Below are positions 54,188-64,000 of a DNA stretch of 64,000 nucleotides, in pieces (position 1 is the first letter of the stretch; each line of letters begins with the position of its first letter). The DNA comes from Rebecca billardiae RCC1528 (Eukaryota > Protista > Haptophyta). The stretch spans positions 1,488,001 through 1,552,000 of the forward strand of contig OZ251237.1 of NCBI GenBank assembly GCA_965240325.2, given 5' to 3'. A program made the translations under genes and the position numbers. The notes beneath the pieces are model-generated. The model saw only the letters and a list, made by a program, of their open reading frames with translations. It had not been told where the DNA came from and did no database searches.

Positions 54188-57100
54188 ATGGGGTCCCTGT
54201 TCCAGTCGGCGCACATGAAGCTCGTGCAGATCATCGACCGCAACGACGCGGCGCGCGCGGTGATCTCCGAGCTGGGCGAGCACGGCATCTTCCAATTCCG
54301 CGACATGAACAGCGGCCTGCAGTTCTTCAAGCGCACGTTCAGCGACGACGTGCGCCGGTGCGACGACATCCAGCGCCGGCTGCTGAAGCTGAAGAAGCAG
54401 CTGGACGCCGTGCAGCTGCTCACGCACCCGCGGCACGAGGAGGGCCTGCGCGTGCCGCTCCCCGAGCTCGACGCGCAGATCTCCACGCACGAGGCGGAGC
54501 TCAAGGAGCTCTCGACCAACGTGAACGCGCTGCGGCGCAACCACAACTCCCTGCGCGAGCAGAAGCTGGTGCTCGAGGTGTGCAACTCGCTGTACGCGGG
54601 CACGGTGGGCTCGGCGGCGGCGCCCGAGGCGGCGTCGGGCAGCCGCTTCGCCCCCGCCTCGACCGACCCGATCAGCCCGCCCGAGACGCCCTCCGTGCTC
54701 TCCTCGCTCGTGCAGAACGAGTTCTCGAGCTCGGCGGACGACGGCATGCTGCAGTACATCGTCGGGATGATCCCGCGCGCGAAAGCGCACACGTTCGAGC
54801 GGGTGGTGTTCCGCACGACGCGCGGGAACTGCATGGTGCACAACGTCCCCGTCGACGACGACGACCTGCTCGACGCGTCCGACCACAAGGGCGAGGCCGT
54901 CGCGCTCAAAAACGTGTTTCTGATCTTTTTCTCTGGCGGTGTGCTCAAGCAGAAGCTGGGCAAGATCTGCAACTTCTTCGGCTGCCAGCGGTACTCGCTG
55001 CCCGAGGTGCGCGCCGCCGCCGCGCAACCGCCGCGCGCGCGCCTGCCTGCCCTGCTCCCGCCTGCCTGCGCGCGCTCACACGTGCTCGCGCGGCGCCCGC
55101 GCCCGCGCCCGCGCCCGTGTGCGCGCGCCCGCGCCGCGCAGACGGCGGAGATGCGGCGCGCGCTGCTGGCCGAGGTGACGGCGCAGCTGAGCTCGTCGAC
55201 CACGGTGCTCGACCGCGCGCTGCAGCTGCAGCGCGTCTGCCTCGACAACGTGGCGCACCACTGGGCCGAGTGGAACTACACGACGCTGCGAGAGAAGATG
55301 ACTTTCAACGGTGCGCGAGGCGCGGCGCGGCGCCGGGCGCGGCGCGGTGCAGTGTGCAGTGCAGCGCAGTGCACGCGCGGGCTGCGGCTGCGCTGCGGAG
55401 CGGCCGCCGGCCCGCTGCGCGCGGCTGCGGCGCGCAGCACGCCCCCGGCCGCCGCCCGGTCGCGGCCGGAGCCGGCGGGCGTCTGCGGCGCGGCAGTGGG
55501 CACGCTGGAGCGACTGTGGCGCGGCTGGCGGATCTGGCGCGCGCCTGCGCGCGGCCGCCGCTTGGGCGGAGCCGTCGTGCGGCGGCGAGGCGCGGCTGGG
55601 CGCGCTCGGTTGCTGCGCGCGCGCGCGGCGGCGGCCGGCTGACGCGCACGCCCCTCCGCCCGTCCGCGCGCCCTCTCTGTCGCGCGCGCACACGCCGGCC
55701 GCGCACACTGCGCCGCGCGCGCGCAGCGCTCAACATGTGCAACTTCGACATCCGGCGGAGAGTGTTCATCGCCGAGGGGTGGATCGCCGTGTCCGACGAG
55801 CCCAAGCTGCAGGAGGCGCTCGCGGCCGCGTCGCGCAAGTCGGGCGGCGAGACCTCGCCCATCCTGAACACGATCTCGACGGGCCTGACGCCGCCCACCT
55901 ACCTGCCGGTCGGCAAGCTCACCAAGGGCTTCCAGGCGCTGGTCGACACGTACGGCGTGCCCAAGTACCGCGAGGTGAACCCCGGCGTGTTCGCGGTGAT
56001 CCTCTTCCCGTTCCTCTTCGGCATCATGTTCGGCGACGTGGGCCACGGCTTTCTGCTCGCGCTCTTCGGCGGCGTGATGATCGCGTTCGAGGAGCGGATC
56101 GGCAAGCAGCGGCTCGACGACATTGGCGAGATGTGCTTTGGCGGCCGTTACATCCTGCTGCTCAACGGCCTGTTCGCCATGTTCGTGGGCACGCTGTACA
56201 ACGAGTGCTTCGCGGTGCCGATGGACCTGTTCGGCAGCCGCGCGCTCCAGGCGCAGGACGACCCGTCGGTCGGCGTGTACCCGTGGGGCATCGACCCGAT
56301 CTGGCACCACGCGGAGAACAAGATCGCCTTCTTCAACTCGTACAAGATGAAGCTCTCGATCGTGGTGGGCGTGCTGCACATGGCGCTGGGCATCTGCCTC
56401 TCGCTCGTGAACCACCTCGAGTTCAAGTCGCCCGTCTCGATCGTCTTCGAGTTCGTGCCCGAGGTCGTGTTCTTCACGTGCATCTTCGGCTACCTCGTCT
56501 TCATGATCTTCCTCAAGTGGTCGGTGCCGTGGCCGAACGGGGACCCTCCGATGCTGCTCAACGTGCTGATCGGCATGTTCATGAGCCCGGGCACGCTCAA
56601 GGAGACGCCGCTCTTCGAGCACCAGGCGAGCGTGCAGCTGCTGCTGCTCGGCTTTGCGCTGCTCTCGGTGCCGCTGCTGCTGCTGCCCAAGCCCATCATC
56701 CGCTACTACCAGCACAAGGCGCAGGCGCGCGCGGCGACCGCGAGCAACTACACGATGATGGCGCGCGAGTCGGGCGCCGCGCACGAGACCAACCCGATCG
56801 CGCCGTCCGCGCCGCCGCCCGGGGGCGCGGAGGAGGAGGAGGAGGAGTACAGCTTCACCGACGAGTTTGTGCACCAGGTGCGCGCAGGGCGTGCAGGGCG
56901 TGCAGTGCGCCCTCAGGGCGCAGGGCGCACCAGCACAAGCGCACGCAAGCGCGCGCGCGCGGGAGCGGTGGGTCTGCGCGGGCCGCGCGCGCGAGCGTGA
57001 GAGAGGCGGGATGGGCAGCGAGCGCGCTGCCGGGCGGAGGGGCGCGCGCGCCGCGCACCGTGGCTGCGCCCGCGCGTGGGCCCGCGCGTGGGCCCGCCGC

Positions 57101-57805
57101 CGAGCAGTCGCGCCCTCTCGCGCGCGCGCGCCCGCCCGCGACGCCCCGCGCACCGCGCCGACCGTCCGCGCGCCCGCCCCGCCCGCCCGCCCGCCCCGCC
57201 CGCCCGCCCGCCCCGCCCGCCCGCCCGCCGGCCCGCCCGCCCGCTTGCGCTTGCGCTTGCGCTGTGCGCTCGCAGGTGATCCACACCATCGAGTTCGTGC
57301 TCGGCTCGATCTCGAACACCGCGTCGTACCTGCGGCTGTGGGCGCTCTCGCTCGCACACTCGCAGCTCTCCGAGCTCTTCTGGGAGAAGGTGATGGTGGG
57401 GTTTGCGCTGGCGAACAACGGGCAGCCGCAGAGCATCCTGGTGAGCGCGCGCGCGCCGCGCGGGGTGCGCGGGCGCGCGCGGCACGGCCCGCCCGCTGCC
57501 GCCGTCCGCGCCGTGCTCGCCGCGCGCGCCGGCTGCTGAGAGCGTGCTCGACCCTGGCGCCGCCGCCCGCGCCGCCCCCGCCTCAGGTGAGCTGGGTGCA
57601 GCCGTTCGTCTTCACCTTTGTCTGGGCGATGCTCTCCCTCGCCGTGCTGATGTGCATGGAGAACCTCTCCTCCTTCCTGCACGCGCTGCGGCTGCAGTGG
57701 GTCGAGTTCCAGAACAAGTTCTACGCGGGCAGCGGGCAGGCGTTTGTGCCGTTCGCGTACTCGACCATTGACGAGTTTGCGTTCGAGGAGGCGCCGCCGT
57801 TCTGA
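54188..57805 (+). CDS. VPH1: V-type H+-ATPase V0 subunit a (4 introns)
   Basis: [24 protein letters not shown]...[64 protein letters not shown] and [16 protein letters not shown]. Introns 55007-55141, 55311-55726, 56878-57275 and 57441-57586. Confidence 0.97.
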
Positions 57806-58171
57806 GCGGCCGAGACGAGACGGCCGTCAGGGGTGCGCGGACGAGTTTGACTGGCGGCTCCGCCATATGCTGGGCCGTTTGCGACCGAGCAACGGTTGTC
57901 GTCGTGACACGGCTGGCATCATCGCGCCGGCGAGCGCGCCAGGGCCCAGGGCAGCGATGATGGTCACTACTCGGTGACCAGTGTCCAGTCTCCGCGACGG
58001 TTCGTTCTTCGGTCAGTCGGTCAGCTCGGTCTCCATAGTCCATTCACGGACCATGGCCATTGGAGCTCGCGTGACGCGCGACGCCGCAGCGGCGGGTAGC
58101 GGCCGCAGGTACGAGTCGGTACGTGATAATAATTAGTACGTAATTACGCATTTGGTTAGTATATTATATAT

Positions 58172-58964
58172 GTGGCGTTATAACGGAGTTATAACCGAGT
58201 GTGTCGGGAGGCTGGAAAGGCAACGCGCAGCTGGTGGACAAGGGCCGCCATCGTCTTCTAGGTCCTGCAGGTAGTTGCAGTCGATTTCCGGAGCTCATCG
58301 GCCACGGAGCTATCCTTTATCATATCATCATGGCGGGCGCTGGTCCTTTCATATCGGCCAACCACACTGGCTCCTCTGTAAGTACCCGCTCCTCTCCACT
58401 ATCCGGCGCTCGAGATCATATCCAAGGTCATCTTAAGTCGGCGTGGCAACTTACCAAAGTTCATATCAAGCAGCCCACCTAGCAGAGCTCGCTCGATCAT
58501 CGGTTACACGACCTTTCGGGCCGAGCTGCTCATCTCTCGGCAGCCCCTGCTTCGGCCTGCGCATTTGCAAAGCCCGAGGTCCCGCCATCTCCTCTGCGTT
58601 CTTTGCTTGTGCTCGTTGCGAAACCCGCCATCCGCCCCTGCAGCCTCCGTTGTGGTTGACAACCTTGTCGTCAGGCCTGTGAGTGCTGCGCTTGCCTGAG
58701 CTGCTGCCACACGCTGGCGCAGTCTGCGCGCAGCTTTGGCACCGTCGGCTCGGCAGTCGCTCTTCCCGTTCAGCCAGGGACAAATCCCCACCACGCGCAA
58801 GTATATATATTTATACATCACCATTTCGGCATGGTGTGTATCGGCATTTGCTGCATGCTCGCATATATGCTGCAATACCTGCCCTCGCATGCACATCACG
58901 CAGACTGTGGGTGATGTTCGTCCATACTCAATGGCGTCGCGTCGCTCTTCATGCAGGAGGACAC
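58172..58964 (+). mobile_element. Diverged relative of the 1035-2614 element
   Basis: TATATAT-GTGGCGTTATAACGGAGTTATAACCGAGTGT start. Possible end GGACAC-ATATATAT; the right boundary is inferred. Confidence 0.5.
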
Positions 58965-59141
58965 ATATATATATTATCGTCAATATAATAGAGAGAGATC
59001 GAGACGCTAGAGTCACTACTCACTAGAGAGTAGTAGAGAGACTCCTACTAGTCCTACTAGACTTACTAAGACTCAAAGAGAGAGAGCAAGAGTCAGAGAC
59101 CGAGAGAGCAGAGACGGAAAGACGAGCAGAGAGTATACTCA

Positions 59142-60540
59142 TGGCCCGCGGTGCAGGGCGGAGCGCGCAGCGTGGAGCCCGCACCAGCGGGCCCGAACCA
59201 CGTTTCAAAAAGATCTTTGATCAAGAAAAAGGGACGGGGGGCGGCGGAAAAAACGGGACGGGGGGCGATTTTTAGGGCTGGCGGAGACCGAGTTTCGAGT
59301 TTTTGAGATCGCATAGAGAGGTCTATTAGGCCGAAAAAGAGCGCGCCCAGCTGATTCCATAAGTAATCGATGGACGGGACGTGAGCCTGGCCGTGACATT
59401 AGTGTAACGCTTCGTTACGAGCGAATCGTACTCGTCTTCCCGGATCGCGTGACGTCCGGACTGGGCCACATCCGGATCGTCGGAGGTGACGTGCCCCGGG
59501 CCCCGGCACCACGATGGGCGATGGCGGATATGCGGGACGGCGCCTGCACGTGCCTCCGGACCCGCCTCCCGCTTGCTGCTCACGCAGTCAGCTGCGACCG
59601 TGGCGCATGATCGCAGAAGCAGTGCCGGCAGTACGGCCTGCATCAGCTAGTGCCGCGCCGTCGTGGCGCGCGCGGTACGGTTGCGCGTTTGCAGCGCTCG
59701 CCGCTCGGCGACGGCACGCGCGTGCGGCTCAGGTGTGTCAAATGCGGTCTCGTCGGCGCGCTTTCGCCTGCCACCTCGTGCACCCGTGCCGCCAGTTTCA
59801 TCGTCTTCATGAGGACTGCTGCTGCTGTCGCCATCCGCTCTCCATCACCCCGAGTCGCCGGTCGCGCGGCGCGCGCGGTAGGCACTAGGCAGGGCGTGGC
59901 GGTCACTCACCCGTGCAACGGGTCAAGTGGCCAGAGTACGTCTGGTCGTTGGCTGGCACGGGCCGCAGCGCTAAAGCACCCTGCTGTCACACCCGACTCC
60001 TTCAGTACTCCGAGCTCCGCGGCACGACTCACTCGGCACGATCGCGGACGGGTCGGATCCGAGCTGATCAGCCAGAGTTGGACACAGTTTGGCAGCTACT
60101 AGTACTAGTAGTAATTCCGATGCCGATGGCACGATCGCGGACGGGTCGGATCCGAGCTGATCAGCCAGTTGGACATTTGGCAGCTAGTTGTCAGACGGAC
60201 GTCCGATTTGACGACCGGTGCCGGCCGGGTGCGGTCTTGGTTGGGGGCTGGCCAGGGTAGGGCTGGAGGCTTCGGCCGCCAGCCTGATCACCCGGAGCCC
60301 GTTATAAAGGGGAATAATTTAAGGTCTCAGGTCCGCTGCTGTGATTGTGTGAAGTGTGAATGAGTCTCGCGGTCGCGCAGGCAGGGCGACGGTCGGACTA
60401 ATATAGCTTCAGTCATCTCAGAACCGACTTCAACTGGCGAACTGCCACTACGGCGGAGAGCCGCGATTGCACGGCCACCGCGGGCCCCCAACTGGCAACT
60501 GCGTTGATTCTATGCAGAAAAGGACCGCGGAACGCGGTCA
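59142..60540 (+). mobile_element. Asymmetric-end element copy E3
   Basis: Left end 59142-~59310 matches E1/E2. Right end has CACCGCGGGCC (60477-60487) and GACCGCG-GAA-CGCGGTC-A ending at 60540. Internal ~45-bp direct repeat at ~60035 / ~60128. Confidence 0.8.
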
Positions 60541-60693
60541 TATCAGTATTATAGCAGAGACTGTAGGCACAGAGCACATATTGACATATTTAGTAGTCAT
60601 CATCACAGTATTACTAACAGCAGATCGAGGTGACCCAGGAAGCCGCCGCCGACGAGTTATCGTTGCGGCTGCCAGTCGGCGGCGGTGCTGCGC

Positions 60694-62536
60694 TCAGGCG
60701 CGCATGGTCGCCTCCGCGCCCTCCTTTGGCTTGCAGAAATAGGAGAAAATCAGGTATGCGATGCCGACCAGGCAGCAGCAGCCAAACACGGCGCCGATGA
60801 TCGCACCCGCCAGTTCGCCGTCCGTGAGCGACGCGCTCTCGAGTGGCGCGACCGCCGGCGGTGGCGACGAGGGCGGCGGGCTCGGCGGCGGCGGCGGGTC
60901 GAAGCCGAACTCGGAGACGCCAGTGATCTCGATCGAGTTGGCCGCAACCGCCACACCGGTGTTCGCTGTCACGTAGTTGGCGATCAGCTTCTGGATCTCG
61001 GAGTTGAGCAGCTTGTCCGCCACAGTGACCGAGTCGGTGTACTCGCCCGTCACCTGCTTGATGCGGAACGAGACGATCACCGAGCCGCCCTTGCAGCCGG
61101 TGATCTCGACCCGGTTCGGCTGCACGTTGACAGCACGCGCGATACCCTTGGCCACGCCGTCCGTGAACGCCTGGCTGTTGCACAGCGAGGGGTCGCCCTG
61201 CATCTTCAACTCGGCGTCGATGTTGAGGCCCTCTGCCGGCGGGTCCTGCTCGCCCGGCGGCGGCGACGGCGGCGACGAGTACGCGCCGCTGGGCAGGCAG
61301 CTGCTGTCGGAGAACTTGGCCGTCGGGTTGACCAGGAAGAAGTTGTCGCGCTCCATGCCCAGGTCAGTGAAGAACGTGTTGCTGATCTCCTCCAGCTGGC
61401 AGGTCGAGAGGTCGGTCACGCGCGCAAACTCGGTCGGGATCGCGCCGCCCAGGTTGTTGCCCGACACGATGAGCGAGTCCAGAGGCGCGCCGCCCGAGCC
61501 GACCTTGACCGTGCCGTCCTGCTTGACCACGGCGGTCTTGGTGGCAATGCGCGCGATCTCGGTGGGCAGCGCGCCGCCGAGGTTGTTGTTGTTGATCTCG
61601 AGGTCCGTGAGCGACACCATCATGCCGATCTCCGTCGGCACCGAGCCGTCCACGTTGATGTGCCGCGAGAGCTGCAGGTAGCTCACGCCGCTCATCGCGC
61701 CGATCTCGGTCGGGATGGAGCCCGTGAGGCCTGGGCTGTCGAAGTTGTTCAAGATCACGTCTTGGGACTGCGCGGACACCGTGGGGTTGGTGAGCACGGT
61801 GCCAATCTCGCTGGGGATGGGCCCGCCGATCCCGCTGACAATGTCGAGGCTGAGCATGGTGAGCGCGCCGCCGAAGAGCTGTGTCGGGAGCGTGCCGCCG
61901 ATCGAGACGCCGCTCAGCTCGAAATCCTCGAGGTCGGTGCACTTGCCGATCTCGGTGGGGATCTCGGTGCTTGGCGAGTTGAGGTCGGTGAGCGACACGC
62001 TGTTGAGCGCGGTGAGGTAGCCGATCTCGGAGGGCAGCACCCGCGCGAGGGAGATCTGGCCGCACGTCATGCCGCCGCCCCCGCCCGTGCACGACATCTC
62101 GAGGTCGTGCAGCCGCGTGAGGTAGCCGATCTCGGTGGGCATGGTGCCCGAGGTCTGCACGTCCGAGAGCACGAGCGACTCGAGGCCGCGGATCTTGCCC
62201 ACCTCCGTCGGGACCGTGCCCCACCTCGACGGCCATTCGCCGATCTCCTTGCACGCGAAGTTGCTGGCGTCCGCTTGCTCGAGGCAGCGCAAGTACTCCG
62301 TCGAGGTCGAGTACAGGGAGGTCGGCGGCGGCGTGGGCGGCGTTGGCGGCGGCGGCGGGCTTGGCGGCGGGAAGGGGGGCGGAGGAGGCGGCGGCGGGCT
62401 CGGCGGCGGCGAGGGCGGGGTTGGCGGCGGCGGCGGGCTTGGCGGCGGCGTCGGAGGCGACGGCGGCGGCGGCGGGCTCGGCGGCGGCGAGGGCGGGATT
62501 GGCGGCGGTGGCGGGCTCGGCGGCGGGCAGGGTGGC

Positions 62537-62576
<40 letters not shown>

Positions 62577-62710
62577 TGGGTGCCGTGGGAGGGCTCGGGG
62601 GCTCGTCGTACGTTGGCGGCGGGCTCGGCGGCGGCGGCGAGGGCGAAGGCGGCGGCGGAGAGCCGGGCGGGACCGACGGTGGCGGCGGCGGCGGCGAGGG
62701 CGGCGGGAAG

Positions 62711-62746
<36 letters not shown>

Positions 62747-62893
62747 GAGGGCGTCGGTGGCGGCGAGGGCGGCGGCGGCGGCGGTGGCGGCGGCGGCGGC
62801 GGCGGCGGGGTGTAGGGCGGCGGCGGCGGCGAGGGCGGCGGCGAGGGCGGTGAGGGCGGCGGTGACGGGGGCGGCGGCGAGGGCGGCGGCACG

Positions 62894-62929
<36 letters not shown>

Positions 62930-63957
62930 GCGGGCGGCGGGCTCGGCGGCGGTGAGGGCGGCGGCGGCGAGGGCGAGGGCGGCGGCGGCGGCGGCGGCGA
63001 GGGGGGCGGCAGCGGCGAGGGCGGCGGCGGCGGCGAGGGCGGCGGGGTAGGGGGCGGCGGCGGCGAGGGCGGCGGCGGCGGCGAGGGCGGGGGCGATGGC
63101 GGCGATGGTGGCGGCGCTGGCGATGGCGGCGGCGGCGGCGGGCTCGGCGGCGGGGTGGGCGGCGGGCTCGGCGGCGGGCTCGGCGGCGGTGGCGAGGGTG
63201 ATGGCGGCGGCGGCGGCGATGGCGGCGGCGATGGGGGCGGCGGCGAGGGCGGCGGCGATGGTGGCGGCGATGGCGGCGGCGATGGCGGCGGGCTTGGCGG
63301 CGGGCTTGGCGGCGGCGGCGACGGCGGCGGCGAGGGCGGCGGCGAGGGCGGTGGGGATGGCGGCGGGCTCGGCGGCGGCGGCGATGGCGGCGGCGATGGC
63401 GGCGGCGAGGGCGGCGGCGATGGCGGCGGCGAGGGCGGCGGCGGTGATGGCGGCGGCGATGGTGGCGGCGAGGGCGGCGGCGAGGGCGGCGGCGTCGGCG
63501 GCGGCGAGGGCGGCGGGCTCGGCGGCGGCGAGGGCGGCGGCGTCGGCGGCGGCGAGGGCGGCGGCGAGGGCGGCGGCGTCGGCGGCGGCGAGGGCGGCGG
63601 GCTCGGCGGCGGCGAGGGCGGCGGCGTCGGCGGCGGCGAGGGCGGCGGCGAGGGCGGCGGCGATGGAGGCGGCGATGGAGGCGGGCTCGGCGGCGGCGAT
63701 GGTGGCGGCGATGGCGGCGGCGACGGCGGCGGCGATGGCGGTGGGGATGGTGGCGGGCTCGGCGGCGGCGGCGATGGCGGCGGCGATGGCGGCGGCGATG
63801 GCGGCGGCGAGGGCGGCGGGCTTGGCGGTGGGGATGGCGGCGAGCTCGGCGGCGGCGGCGAGGGCGGCGGCGAGGGCGGTGGCGAGGGCTGGGCGGCAGC
63901 CAGGATGACCAGCGCACCGAGCACGAGCACGCGCATCAGAGCAGGAGCACGCGCCAT
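60694..63957 (-). CDS. Extensin-like Ser-Pro-rich / LRR type I membrane protein
   Basis: Signal peptide, ~530 aa of SPPP/SPPPP repeats, ~8 plant-type LRRs (GxIPTEIG), a juxtamembrane domain, a TM helix LAGAIIGAVFGCCCLVGIAYLIF and a short tail. Confidence 0.9.
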
Positions 63958-64000
63958 CCTCGCGTCGGTGGTCCTGTACCGTGCGCACGACGCGCTCAAA

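Noticed and set aside
17917-63050. Numerous long antisense or alternate-frame Arg/Ala/Pro-rich ORFs
   Set aside because: Expected shadow ORFs in very GC-rich, GC3-biased coding DNA.

Overview
Very GC-rich eukaryotic nuclear DNA with short GC-rich GT-AG introns, bipartite plastid-type leaders and one 100-N scaffold gap. An alga with a red-derived complex plastid, such as a haptophyte, is my inference and is not proven. Compact gene islands, often head-to-head pairs, alternate with low-complexity spacers loaded with non-autonomous mobile elements. Recognisable genes: galactose-3-O-sulfotransferase, ankyrin protein, Xpt-type phosphoribosyltransferase, FCP1 CTD phosphatase, Tom40, eIF4E, a stand-alone catalase-related allene-oxide-synthase-like heme protein, two tandem F-box/RCC1 genes, an IQ-motif protein, a cyclin-Y-like protein, a plastid-targeted HopJ-family protein, V-ATPase subunit a and an extensin-LRR membrane protein. 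Three signals stand out. (1) Three elements (2705-4375, 9509-12754, 59142-60540) share structured, asymmetric left and right ends but have unrelated interiors, a Helitron2/Helentron-like architecture; one sits exactly in a stop codon and regenerates it. (2) A (TA)n-targeting element with crossed inverted repeats and a circle-junction-like internal copy (1035-2614) has relatives showing compensatory hairpin changes. (3) The F-box/RCC1 paralogues differ mainly in two loops of each propeller blade. All alignments were done by eye and no database searches were run.
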